Shown here in pieces: positions 28,218 to 38,146 of a stretch of DNA of 64,000 nucleotides. Position 1 is the stretch's first letter, and every line of letters starts with the position of its first letter. The stretch is taken from NCBI GenBank assembly GCA_049325495.1, contig JBMOKV010000435.1:12124-76123 (forward strand). The letters run 5' to 3'. The stretch comes from Candidatus Rifleibacteriota bacterium. GTDB lineage: Bacteria; Muiribacteriota; Ozemobacteria; Ozemobacterales; Ozemobacteraceae. The translations under genes and the position numbers were made by a program. Under the pieces are notes generated by a model, which saw nothing but the letters and a program-made list of their open reading frames with translations, had not been told where the DNA came from and did no database searches.

Positions 28218-29717
28218 TTATTTGTTTAAAACGATTTGCCGTCTTTGCAAAAGCTGGCCGCTGGCTCGTAATAACTCGGTAAAAGCCTGTTGATGTTCTA
28301 CTGCAGAGCTAACTTCGGCGATCATCGCTGCGGTAAGGTCTCGCTGTGCTTGCGCAACCTGAAATGAAGTGGTTTTACCTACGTTGAATCTTACTTCTTC
28401 AACTCTCAGCTTCTCCCGTTGTTTTTCAGTGGTGGCGGCAGTAGCCTTTATCTGTTGAAGAGTTCGATTTACCTCGATAAAGGCATTTATCACTTCCTGC
28501 TTGATCAGCTGTTCAAGATTCTTCATGGCCTGCTGACGCATGGTGACATTGAGTTCGGCCTTTTGATGAGCCGCTCGTTCTTCACGTCTACCGCGTGAAA
28601 GTTCATAGATAAATCCCGCCTGAATATCGTAAGACCCTTCTTCGCCAGGCTTGGGATTGGTTCCGGATAAACTGGTGGAATAACCGGTTTTACCAAGATT
28701 GGCAAAAAAATCAAGCTGGGGCAGCAGGCCGTTTCTGGTGCTTACAACTTCAAGAAGGCCGCGTTGAATCATCAGATCGGCCTGGGCAATTTCAGGGCGG
28801 TTATCGAGGGCAATGGCGATAAGGCTTTTAATCGCGTCTTCAGGAGCGGTAAAAGAAAACATTTCATCGTTGAGAACTGGTTTTTTCACCCAGAAATCTT
28901 CAGTATCGGGATTAATGGTGCGAAGAAAGGCTACAGCTGCGCGGTCAGCTCGACTCTGGGCATTAATCAGATCAACCTTTCTCAGAGTTACTTCTGCTTC
29001 GGCTGCAGCTGCTTCTGATTCAGGAATGCTGCCTGATTCGATGCGTTTTTGCGTTTCCTCGCGCTGCTGCTCGGCAAGATGATATGATTCCTGCATTATT
29101 TCGAGCTGTCGGGTACTCAAATAGTAGTCCCAGTAGCGATTTTCCGTTTGGGCAATCAGGTTGAGAACGAAGCCCTGTAGTTCATGCTCAGACCATTGCA
29201 AATCCAGTTCTGCCTGGCGCAGGGATACCAGATTCACCGCTCTTCCGGCACCTTTTTTTAATGGGTGTTCTATGTTTACGCCAAACCTGGTTGAAAAAAG
29301 GTTGTCAGAGCGTGCCGATCTGGTTCTTATCGTAGTCACATCGAATTCGGTAAGCGTTCCCGAATGGCTGATGCGACGAATGGCAATTCCCGCATCTGTG
29401 CGGTTAGTGACGTTCTGTCCCATGTCGCCCTGCTGAAATATAACTTTTGAAATTCTTTCGGTTCCCGAAAAATTTGCGGAAACAACCGGGTCAAATCTTG
29501 CCTTTTCTTTTTCGATATCAGTTTTGCTGATTTCAGGATTTATCTCTTCAATCTTAAGTGCAATATTCGAGGAAATGGCCATTTTTCTGGCTGCTTCAAG
29601 ATCTATTTCCAGAACCTGTGATTCTGACGCAAAAATACAAGGGTGATTTTCCTGACCGTATGTTGAAACTGATACAAAAATAGCAGAAATAATTAATAGT
29701 TTGTTTAAAAGGTTCAT
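28218..29717 (-). CDS. outer-membrane efflux protein (TolC/OMF family)
   Basis: Signal peptide. Two-repeat helical and beta-barrel organisation typical of OMF. Last gene of the efflux operon. Confidence 0.75.
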   Translation of the reverse strand: MNLLNKLLIISAIFVSVSTYGQENHPCIFASESQVLEIDLEAARKMAISSNIALKIEEINPEISKTDIEKEKARFDPVVSANFSGTERISKVIFQQGDMGQNVTNRTDAGIAIRRISHSGTLTEFDVTTIRTRSARSDNLFSTRFGVNIEHPLKKGAGRAVNLVSLRQAELDLQWSEHELQGFVLNLIAQTENRYWDYYLSTRQLEIMQESYHLAEQQREETQKRIESGSIPESEAAAAEAEVTLRKVDLINAQSRADRAAVAFLRTINPDTEDFWVKKPVLNDEMFSFTAPEDAIKSLIAIALDNRPEIAQADLMIQRGLLEVVSTRNGLLPQLDFFANLGKTGYSTSLSGTNPKPGEEGSYDIQAGFIYELSRGRREERAAHQKAELNVTMRQQAMKNLEQLIKQEVINAFIEVNRTLQQIKATAATTEKQREKLRVEEVRFNVGKTTSFQVAQAQRDLTAAMIAEVSSAVEHQQAFTELLRASGQLLQRRQIVLNK

Positions 29718-32700
29718 TTTGATTCTCCATTATCTGCTTCAGATCCGCGAAAAGCCAGATCGAATTCATAATAAACCATAGGAATAATGACCAGTGAAAT
29801 GAAGGTTGAACACACCAGCCCCCCAATTACTGCACGAGCCATGGGGGCCTGTACTTCGCCACCTTCTCCAAGCCCGATCGCTAGAGGCAGAAGTCCAAGA
29901 ACCGTGGTTAAAGCTGTCATAAGAATTGGTCGGCAACGGTCTTTTGCTGCGATTGAAACCGCATCCAAAAGACTCAGACTTTTGTCGAATCTCAGATCAT
30001 TGATGTGGTCAACAAGTAATATGGAGTTATTAACCACAATTCCGCCGAGCATGATACAACCGATGAATGACTGAACGTTGAGAGTCGTCTGGGTCAGCAA
30101 AAGTGCCGGTCCGACTCCAACCACCGACAGAGGAACGGTTACCATGACGATGATCGGGTCATACAAAGATTCATACTGGATAGCCATGACCATGTAGACC
30201 AGAATCAGCGCAAGAACAAAGCTGAACAGAAGCTCTTTGAAAGATTTCTGCTGCTCTTCATAATCACCTGACATAATTATGCTGAAATCTGCGGGCAGAG
30301 GTATCTCTTTCAGTTTCTGCTGAGCTTCTGCGATTACGAAGCCAAGGGCTCTCCCTTCAACATTTGCAGAAATATTGAGAGTTCGCTGCTGATCGACACG
30401 TTCGACCAGAGTTGGCCCAACAGCATTCTGGATCGATGCAACATTGCGCAACATAACTGCTTTACCTTCTGAATTGGTAATATGCATGTTGAGTATTTCT
30501 TCAAGGGTGCTGAATTCTGCATTTTCTGCCTTTACCAGAATTCTGTATTCATCGCCGCCATCGCGAAGATAGCCTGCATTGCTTCCTGAAAGCATGGTTT
30601 CAAGAAAGCCGGCGATGCGGTTTACCGTGAGTTTCAGATCTGCGGCCCGCAGTCGGTCGATAATTACAATGCGCTCAGGAGTTCCTTCTTTTCTTGCCAG
30701 CTGCACATCGGTGATTCCTTCAATTTTTTCAAGAACCTCTTCAACTGCTTTTCCAAGTCGATCGGAAGTTGCAAGATCGTGACCTCTGATTTGAACCTGA
30801 AGTTTATCAGCATCCCCTGTACCCATACGCAGCAAAAAAAGTCCCTGGCCTTCTCTTACTCTGACTTTAACTCCGGCCAGATCGGCTAACTTGCGCCTCA
30901 AATCACCGGCAATCTCTGTGGTCGTTCTTTTGCGCTGTGAAATTGGTACCAGCGGAATCCTGATTTGTCCTGAAGAACTTGAGCTTGAGCCCATGCCGCC
31001 ACCCACGTTGGTAAAAACTATTGTGGTTTCCGGAACGGCTGCCATGATTATTTTTTCCGCTTCGATAAAAATACGTTCGGTTATCGCTCTTCTGGTGCCT
31101 TCTTCCATTTCAATTGTGACTCTGACTTCGCCTTCATCGGCACTTGGCATGAGTTCGGTGCCGATGAATCTGAACATTAAAACCGATGATGTAACCAGTA
31201 TTGCGAGAATGAAAGCAGAAATTGCACGGTTGTTTAAAACAAGTCTTAAAGAGAAATTGTGAGCAGAAAGAATTTGTTTGATTACTGTTTCAGAGGCTCT
31301 TTTGAAAAGGCCGGGCCGGTTACTCTGATTTATTTTCAGGAAGTTTGATGAAAGCATGGGAACCAGAGTCAGTGATACCATCAGTGAGCAGAAAAGAGAA
31401 AAAGTGACTATGTAAGCAAGCTGCTTGAACATCAAACCAGTCATCCCTTCCACGAAAAGAAGGGGCAAAAATATTACAACTGTGGTCAAAGTGCTCGCCA
31501 GAACCGGCATCGCAACTTCCGAAGTGCCCTTTACCGCTGCCTGCTTCATTTCCATTTTTTGTTCACGGTAGCGGAAGATGTTTTCGAGGACAACGATTGA
31601 GTTGTCAACCAGCATGCCGATGCCCAGCGCCACTCCTCCGAGAGACATGATGTTGAGGGTGAAATTGAAATAATACATCAAGGCAAAAGTAGCGATGATC
31701 GAAATCGGAATAGCGACTGCAATGATTGCCGTGCTGGCCAGGTTGCCAAGAAAAAACTGAAGGATGATGACTGCCAGAAGGCCGCCGTAGAGAGCCGAAG
31801 AGCTGACATTGTTGATAGCTCTTTCAATATAGGTAGAAGTGTCTACTATTGGTGCCAGTTTCAATTGAGGAATATCCTGGTTTATCCGGGCAATTTCCTC
31901 TTTTACTGCCTTGGCTACGGTAACCGTGTTGCTGCCGGATTGTTTGCTGATCATGACGCGAATACCAGGCTTGCCGTTGATTCTGATGATGCTGTTGTCT
32001 TTCTCCCAACGGTCAACGACGTTGGCGAGGTCAACCAGGCGAATCTGCTTCCCCTGGCTTTCGGCGATCACGATACTGCGAATCTCTTCTACTTCAGCAA
32101 ATTCACCGGGAGTTCGCAAACGGAATTCGTAATTTCCCGATTCGATGGTACCGGCTGGCAGATTAACGTTTTCAGCCCGAAGACGACTGACGACCTGATC
32201 AGGTGAAATCTTCAGAGCTTTCATTTTCTGAATGTTCAGATCAATATGGATCTCTCTTTTGTTGCCGCCCCTGACATCCAGGGATGCAACTCCGGGAATG
32301 CGCTCGATGCGATATTTAACCTGATTTTCGATGATATTGAGCAGTTGTACCGGATCGAGGTCAGCAGCAGCTCCTAAAATGATTATTGGAAAAGCGGCGG
32401 CGTCAAATTTGCGAAGCATTGGTCTCGATATGTCGTCGGGCAATCTTTCGATAATGCGGTCTATACGGTCACGAATGTCGTTAGTAGCTGCGTCTAGATC
32501 TGTCCCCCAGGCGAATGATACTCTGATACGGCTTTCGCCTTCCGACGAATCTGAGGTGATTTCTTCAACTCCGGGAACGGCTGAAATAGCCTGTTCAATC
32601 GGTCTGGTGACCAGAGTTTCCATTTCTGTCGGGCTTGCGTTGGAATAATTCGCTGAAATGGTGATGCGGGGATAAGTGATATCTGGCATCAGATCTATTG

Positions 32701-32797
32701 GCAAATGGGTGAATGAAACGATTCCGAAGATAATGACAATGCACATTATCATCGAAATTCCAATTGGTCGTTTGACTGAATATTCGGCGAGAATCAT
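29714..32797 (-). CDS. RND efflux transporter permease (AcrB/HAE1 family)
   Basis: 1027 aa. N-terminal MILAEYSVKRPIG...LPIDLMPDITYPRITISANY. 12 TM helices and two large periplasmic loops. Confidence 0.9.
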   Translation of the reverse strand: MILAEYSVKRPIGISMIMCIVIIFGIVSFTHLPIDLMPDITYPRITISANYSNASPTEMETLVTRPIEQAISAVPGVEEITSDSSEGESRIRVSFAWGTDLDAATNDIRDRIDRIIERLPDDISRPMLRKFDAAAFPIIILGAAADLDPVQLLNIIENQVKYRIERIPGVASLDVRGGNKREIHIDLNIQKMKALKISPDQVVSRLRAENVNLPAGTIESGNYEFRLRTPGEFAEVEEIRSIVIAESQGKQIRLVDLANVVDRWEKDNSIIRINGKPGIRVMISKQSGSNTVTVAKAVKEEIARINQDIPQLKLAPIVDTSTYIERAINNVSSSALYGGLLAVIILQFFLGNLASTAIIAVAIPISIIATFALMYYFNFTLNIMSLGGVALGIGMLVDNSIVVLENIFRYREQKMEMKQAAVKGTSEVAMPVLASTLTTVVIFLPLLFVEGMTGLMFKQLAYIVTFSLFCSLMVSLTLVPMLSSNFLKINQSNRPGLFKRASETVIKQILSAHNFSLRLVLNNRAISAFILAILVTSSVLMFRFIGTELMPSADEGEVRVTIEMEEGTRRAITERIFIEAEKIIMAAVPETTIVFTNVGGGMGSSSSSSGQIRIPLVPISQRKRTTTEIAGDLRRKLADLAGVKVRVREGQGLFLLRMGTGDADKLQVQIRGHDLATSDRLGKAVEEVLEKIEGITDVQLARKEGTPERIVIIDRLRAADLKLTVNRIAGFLETMLSGSNAGYLRDGGDEYRILVKAENAEFSTLEEILNMHITNSEGKAVMLRNVASIQNAVGPTLVERVDQQRTLNISANVEGRALGFVIAEAQQKLKEIPLPADFSIIMSGDYEEQQKSFKELLFSFVLALILVYMVMAIQYESLYDPIIVMVTVPLSVVGVGPALLLTQTTLNVQSFIGCIMLGGIVVNNSILLVDHINDLRFDKSLSLLDAVSIAAKDRCRPILMTALTTVLGLLPLAIGLGEGGEVQAPMARAVIGGLVCSTFISLVIIPMVYYEFDLAFRGSEADNGESK

Positions 32798-33999
32798 TTA
32801 CGCTCTCCCTTTTTGCCTTTGGACGCAGGCTTTTCCTCTTTTCCCGCAATCTTTATCGGCGCTCCATCCTGAAGAAGATGGTGCCCAAGCGTAACTACTT
32901 CGCCGGAAACTGTCGGAGAAGCAATTTCTGTGTATTCTGAATCGGAAAAGCCAATTTCAACAGGAATGAATTGGGCTGTCATACTGGCAGTTTCCGCCAG
33001 AAAAATTCCAGTTTGATTTTTTCTTCTGACCAAAGATGAATTGGGAACAAGCGTAGCAGACTCATGAGCTTCGAAAATGATTCGGGCTCTTACAAACATT
33101 CCGGGTTTAAGACTCAAATCTATATTTGATATTTCAATTTCAACACGACCGAGACGGGCGGCAGAGTCGAGAATTGGAGCTATTCGAACTACCCGGCCGG
33201 CAAATTTGCAGTTGGGGATGGCGGCAGCCTCGATCTCAGCAAGCTGACCGATCTTGATTTTGAAAAAATCCTTTTCAACAACGTCAATTACCGCAGTCAT
33301 AGTAGCAATATCGATTATAGATGCAATTGGCGTGTTTGGACCGGTCATCGCTCCTTCATCCAGAAATTTCTCGGCAATCAATCGTTTTTTTGAACCGTCA
33401 GTCCAGCTTGCGTCAACTCTGGTGTAAGAAAGTCTGATTTTGGCTGATTCCAGAGCAGACTGACGATTGCTCAGCTGCGCCCGATTTACCTGATGACGGG
33501 CCTGACTTGTTTTAAATGCAGCCTGAGCTTTTTCCAGATCTACATCCGATGAAACTTTTTGCTTGCGCATGGTTTCTGTGCGCTCAAGTTCTTTTTTGGC
33601 TATTTCAAGAAGACTGGCAGATTCATTAAAATTTGCATTGGCGATCTCTATGTCTGCCTGTGCCTGCTTAACTTCCAGTTGAAGTTCTTCGTCTTCCAAC
33701 TCGGCAATTACTTGCCCGTTGGTAATCTCATCGCCAATGTCGGCCAGTAATCTTCTGATACGTCCGGAAATCTTAGGAAGAACCGAAAACTTTGACCGGG
33801 CAATCAGAGATCCACTGAACAGCGCCTGGTCAATAAGACGATCCTGTTTTACCGGAGTCGTTTCTACAGCCACTGCCGCCATGCCGCCACGGCCACGGTT
33901 TCCGTTCTGACCCTGATTCTGATTTTTGTTCAAAAAAAGGCGATTAAACAGCAGTGCCAGTAAAACACCGGTAATTACAGCAAAAATAAGCTTTTTCAT
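32794..33999 (-). CDS. RND efflux periplasmic adaptor subunit (MFP/HlyD family)
   Basis: Signal anchor. Coiled-coil hairpin region. Beta-barrel C-terminus. Overlaps the permease gene by 4 bp. Confidence 0.85.
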   Translation of the reverse strand: MKKLIFAVITGVLLALLFNRLFLNKNQNQGQNGNRGRGGMAAVAVETTPVKQDRLIDQALFSGSLIARSKFSVLPKISGRIRRLLADIGDEITNGQVIAELEDEELQLEVKQAQADIEIANANFNESASLLEIAKKELERTETMRKQKVSSDVDLEKAQAAFKTSQARHQVNRAQLSNRQSALESAKIRLSYTRVDASWTDGSKKRLIAEKFLDEGAMTGPNTPIASIIDIATMTAVIDVVEKDFFKIKIGQLAEIEAAAIPNCKFAGRVVRIAPILDSAARLGRVEIEISNIDLSLKPGMFVRARIIFEAHESATLVPNSSLVRRKNQTGIFLAETASMTAQFIPVEIGFSDSEYTEIASPTVSGEVVTLGHHLLQDGAPIKIAGKEEKPASKGKKGERK

Positions 34000-34002
34000 C
34001 TT

Positions 34003-34494
34003 TTACTCCTGATCGTCATGGTTGTGACTGAAGTCTTTTACTCTGATAAAGGCGCGTTGCGCCATAGTTTCGAGAATCTGTTCGGTTCTGGCTCTGATTT
34101 CATCGGGAATGCCTTCAAAAAGTTTGTCGTTCCAGTTTTCCAGCATTTTTCGCAGCCTGATACGCATTGTTTTTCCTTTTTCCGTAAGAAAAACCTCGCG
34201 ACGCCTGTGATCGCTTTCAGAAACAATGCGCCTGACAAAGCCTTCCTGTTCCAGCTTTTTTAAGGCTCTTGCGGTGGTGCCTTTATCAAAACACAGGTTT
34301 TTGGCGATCTCATCCTGAGAGCAACCGCCGCAGCGTCCGATAAACATCAGAAAAGGATATTGCCCTGAACCGATGCCCTCTTTGGAGAGTTGCTGACAGA
34401 TGTGCATTTGCGACGAGCGATAAAGCATACCTATCCATTTCCCCGGCAGAAATTTTTCCATGTGGTTTTCCTGTAAAATTAGTTGCGCTTGCAA
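34003..34494 (-). CDS. MarR-family transcriptional regulator
   Basis: wHTH block QDEIAKNLCFDKGTTARALKKLEQEGFVRR...DHRRREVFLTEKG. First gene of the efflux operon. Confidence 0.8.
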   Translation of the reverse strand: MQAQLILQENHMEKFLPGKWIGMLYRSSQMHICQQLSKEGIGSGQYPFLMFIGRCGGCSQDEIAKNLCFDKGTTARALKKLEQEGFVRRIVSESDHRRREVFLTEKGKTMRIRLRKMLENWNDKLFEGIPDEIRARTEQILETMAQRAFIRVKDFSHNHDDQE

Positions 34495-34648
34495 CTATAT
34501 AGCAAAAACCCTGCTTTTTCAATGCTGCGTTTATTCTTCGGATTTCAGGTTCTGAGCCAAATATCTGCATGATTTCAAAGGCCATTGATGCAAAAAAAAC
34601 GGCTTGTAGTATAATGTGTGACAAATTAACTCTCCATGGAGGAATTTT

Positions 34649-36574
34649 ATGCATAGACTCGTTCGTGTGATCATGGTTCTGCTAGGACTTTTGATCGCAT
34701 ATAGTGCTTCCGCAGCAGACCAAAAACTGATATCTGCCGAAGTAATGTTTCGCAAGCCTGAGAAAGCAGCTTTTCAGATTTCACGCGAAGGCAATTATCT
34801 TGCCTGGCTTGCGCCCTGGAAAAAACGGATGAACGTTTTTATCCGCGATCTGAAAACCGGTAAGGAAAAGCGCCTTACCTCTGAAACTGCCCGCGACATT
34901 GGCGGTTATTATTTCATTAATGAAGATGTAATCGCTTTCAGTCTCGACAAGGGCGGCGATGAAAATTTCAGACTTTACGGGGTAAATATCCAGACCGGCA
35001 AAGAACAGTGCTACACCCCATTTGATGGAGTTCGCACCTATATCGTGGATGATCTTGAAGATGATCCCGAGCACGTTCTGATTGCCATGAACAAGCGCGA
35101 TAAGCGGGTTATGGATGTTTATCGTCTGACTCTTGCTGATGGAAAACTGGAAGAGGTGGCTCAGAATGATGGTACCATCGTGGGCTGGCTCACTGACCAC
35201 GATGGCAAACTTCGCGGCGCATTTTCCAAATTGAATAATCGCGATTACATCATGCTGCGGCCCGATGAAAAGTCTGAATTCAAACCATTCTATCTTGCAC
35301 CTGAAGGTGACCGGATGTCTCCGGAAATGTTCGATTTCGACAATCAGCACCTGATCGTGTCAACCAATGTTAATCGTGACAAAGTTGCTTATGTGAAACT
35401 GAGCCCCGGTGGCAACGAAGTCGAAACTCTTTTCGAACACCCGGAAGTAGATGCGGGTGCAATGATTGCCAGTCGTGAATTCAAAAAAATTCAGGGTTTC
35501 GGCTATGTGACCGACAAACTTTATCACAAGATAATCGACCCGGAACTCGATCGCATTATCACTTCGGTAAAAGCCCGCTTCAACGGCCAGAGCGTATCAT
35601 TTCAGGATGCGGACAAATTGCAGAACAAAATGCTGTTTCTTGTTTATTCAGACATTAACCCGGGCGAATACTATCTTTACGAAAAAGCCACCGACAAACT
35701 GACCCTTCTGGTAAAGGCCCGCCCCTGGATCAAAGAAAAGCTTCTGAGCAGTTGCAAACCGGTAAAATTTACCAGCCGAGATGGCAAAACTCAATTAAAT
35801 GCTTATTTGACCCTGCCTCGTGATTTTGTTAAACCTCTTGGCGCCATAATCAACCCGCATGGTGGCCCGGCAGTACGCGACCACTGGGGTTTCAACCCCG
35901 AAGTTCAGTATCTTGCCAATCGCGGTTATGCGGTTTTGCAGATCAACTACCGTGGTTCGACGGGTTATGGTAAAGCATTTCAGGATCTGGGAATCCGGCA
36001 GTGGGGCCGCGGTTACATGCAGCACGACCTTAGCGACGGTGCCCAGTGGCTTATCGATCAGGGAATCGTTCCAGCCGACCGGGTTGCCATCTATGGTGCT
36101 TCATACGGCGGTTATGCCTCTCTCGCCGGCATGACCTTCACCCCCGAACTCTATGCCTGTGGAATCAGCAACGTTGGCCCGTCAAGTCTGCTGACCCTGC
36201 TGCGCTCCATCCCCCCATATTGGGAACCTCTTAAGCGTGACCTGTTCAGACGTGTTGGCGATCCGGACAAGGATGAAGAATTTCTCAAAAATATTTCGCC
36301 GCTGTTCTTCGTTGACCAGATTCGCAAACCTTTGATGGTAGTGCAGGGCGCCAACGATCCCCGTGTCAAAAAGCAGGAATCGGAGCAGATTGTCGCTGCC
36401 ATGAAAGAAAAGAAAATTCCAGTCTATTATCTGCTCAAGGAAAATGAAGGCCACGGCTTTCACAACGAAGAAAACCAGATAGAATTCTATAAATATCTGG
36501 AGGCTTTCTTTGCCCGCTACCTCGGTGGTCGCACCATTACTCCGCAGGAAGTCGTCGATCGCCTGAAACACTGA
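34649..36574 (+). CDS. secreted S9-family serine peptidase (prolyl oligopeptidase/dipeptidyl-peptidase-like)
   Basis: Signal peptide. Beta-propeller N-domain. Catalytic GASYGGY serine motif. C-terminal Asp/His region (QGANDPRV...GHGF). Confidence 0.85.
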   Translation: MHRLVRVIMVLLGLLIAYSASAADQKLISAEVMFRKPEKAAFQISREGNYLAWLAPWKKRMNVFIRDLKTGKEKRLTSETARDIGGYYFINEDVIAFSLDKGGDENFRLYGVNIQTGKEQCYTPFDGVRTYIVDDLEDDPEHVLIAMNKRDKRVMDVYRLTLADGKLEEVAQNDGTIVGWLTDHDGKLRGAFSKLNNRDYIMLRPDEKSEFKPFYLAPEGDRMSPEMFDFDNQHLIVSTNVNRDKVAYVKLSPGGNEVETLFEHPEVDAGAMIASREFKKIQGFGYVTDKLYHKIIDPELDRIITSVKARFNGQSVSFQDADKLQNKMLFLVYSDINPGEYYLYEKATDKLTLLVKARPWIKEKLLSSCKPVKFTSRDGKTQLNAYLTLPRDFVKPLGAIINPHGGPAVRDHWGFNPEVQYLANRGYAVLQINYRGSTGYGKAFQDLGIRQWGRGYMQHDLSDGAQWLIDQGIVPADRVAIYGASYGGYASLAGMTFTPELYACGISNVGPSSLLTLLRSIPPYWEPLKRDLFRRVGDPDKDEEFLKNISPLFFVDQIRKPLMVVQGANDPRVKKQESEQIVAAMKEKKIPVYYLLKENEGHGFHNEENQIEFYKYLEAFFARYLGGRTITPQEVVDRLKH

Positions 36575-36732
36575 AATTGTAAAATGCAATGATCTAAAGA
36601 TTTGCCAGACCCGGTGCTGTTTGAAAGGTTGAATAAAAAACCTGAAAGATAGCACCGTTTTTTTTTGTAGTATGATGACAAAATGCTTAAATTTTTCGTT
36701 TTATTTGTTGAGGAAAGAAAGAAAGTTGCTTC

Positions 36733-37275
36733 ATGAATCGTTCTAGCAACAGCAACGGTTATGACCAGAATTTTATTGCCCTTCTGCGGCAACAGGATTC
36801 TGCTGCTTTCAAAAAGTTCTTTGACCAGATGGCTGAGGTGGTTTTTCGAAGGTCTTTTGCTTTGTTAGGTGATGAGTCTGCCGCAGAAGATGCGACCCAG
36901 GAAATATTCTACAAAGCCTGGCAGTATCTACCCCGAATTGAGGGGGGTAACCTTAAGGGCTGGATTCTGACCATAGCCAGAAATCACTGCTTCGATGAAA
37001 TTCGCCAGCGCCGCCGTCGCCCGGCGGTTACAAAAGGAAGTTCTGATCTGGTTGAAAAAATTGTTTCTGATAAGACAGCAGTTGAAAGCGATCCGAACGA
37101 GCTGCTTGCTTCTGTTCCAGAAGAAATAAGGGTTCCATTGTTGCTTAAAGTTGTTGAAGGTCTCTCATACAAGGAAATTTCGGAAATGGTCGAGAAATCG
37201 GAAGGTACTTTGAGAAACCTGGTTTGCCGAGGTATGAAGATTCTCAGAAAAGAGCTTGATGAAAATGAGATGTGA
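36733..37275 (+). CDS. ECF-type RNA polymerase sigma-70 factor
   Basis: Sigma region 2 (EIFYKAWQYL...WILTIARNHCFDEIRQ) and region 4 HTH (LSYKEISEMVEKSEGTLRN). Confidence 0.85.
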   Translation: MNRSSNSNGYDQNFIALLRQQDSAAFKKFFDQMAEVVFRRSFALLGDESAAEDATQEIFYKAWQYLPRIEGGNLKGWILTIARNHCFDEIRQRRRRPAVTKGSSDLVEKIVSDKTAVESDPNELLASVPEEIRVPLLLKVVEGLSYKEISEMVEKSEGTLRNLVCRGMKILRKELDENEM

Positions 37276-38146
37276 AGAAGTTAAAAACTGGCTGAACGAA
37301 TGCAATCAGTTTGACGATCTAAAAGGTCTTCCTGCTGATTTAGGCGAACACACCCGTCAGTGCCCGGTGTGCAAAAAACTTGTTCAGGCACAGCTTAAGA
37401 CTATTTCGTCAATTAAAAGATCAGCTTGCTTAAAGGATGAGAGTCGCCGGCGCATTTTCTCAAAACTGCAGACCAGAATTCCGCAAATTCACGACGATGT
37501 TTCTACGTTTTCCTTTATCAAGGTCTGTTTGAGTTTTAAATGGCATTTGGCTTTTGCCCTTATATTTGTCTTGTCATTCTGGTTGGTTTCATCTCTTAAT
37601 CATTCATCTGATTGGAAAATTACTGGTTCCGGAAAAATTCTGGTCAATGAAGAAGAGACAAAACTTGCTGAAAAAGGATTGCCTTTGGAAACTTCTGATC
37701 GATTCGAAATTGTCGGTGGAAGTATTCGTCTGCTTAGGCATGATAGGGAAAAACTGGTTATCGATGGTTCTGCAGGTTTTCTTTTTGACAAAGACAGCCT
37801 GAAAATGTTCAAGGGTTCTGCTGTTATTGCTTTTTCACCGGATGCAAAGGGTTACCGGGTTGAAATGCACAATTCAGTTCTTGAAATTGTTGGAACTGTA
37901 CTTGAACTTTCGGTGGAAAGTGATCACGACCGGATAAAGGTGGTCGAAGGAAAAATCCGCTGGAAAAATTTACGAAATGAGCAATCTGGTTTTCTTGATT
38001 CAAAAAGCTTTGCTTTGAAAATTTTCAATGACAAATTTGAATTGGATACTGCAGTAAAAGAAGAAAACAAGTCCGATTCTGATGATTCAAGCAACTCAGA
38101 GCCTCAGACTACACAGGAAGCTGACCTGCCGCTTGATCAGTTTTGA
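37256..38146 (+). CDS. zinc-finger (HxxxCxxC) anti-sigma factor, single-pass membrane protein
   Basis: Overlaps the sigma gene by 20 bp. N-terminal HTRQCPVCKK ZAS-type motif. TM helix at about aa 95-115. Periplasmic C-domain. Confidence 0.7.
   Translation: MMKMRCEEVKNWLNECNQFDDLKGLPADLGEHTRQCPVCKKLVQAQLKTISSIKRSACLKDESRRRIFSKLQTRIPQIHDDVSTFSFIKVCLSFKWHLAFALIFVLSFWLVSSLNHSSDWKITGSGKILVNEEETKLAEKGLPLETSDRFEIVGGSIRLLRHDREKLVIDGSAGFLFDKDSLKMFKGSAVIAFSPDAKGYRVEMHNSVLEIVGTVLELSVESDHDRIKVVEGKIRWKNLRNEQSGFLDSKSFALKIFNDKFELDTAVKEENKSDSDDSSNSEPQTTQEADLPLDQF

Noticed and set aside
34781-35350. 189-aa minus-strand ORF
   Set aside because: Antisense to the secreted S9 peptidase (34649-36574). No independent support.
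36600-36732. ECF-type autoregulatory promoter (GGAAC-N16-CGTT) upstream of the sigma gene
   Set aside because: Only an approximate match (GGTTGAA ... CCGTTTT) with uncertain spacing. Not confident enough to annotate.
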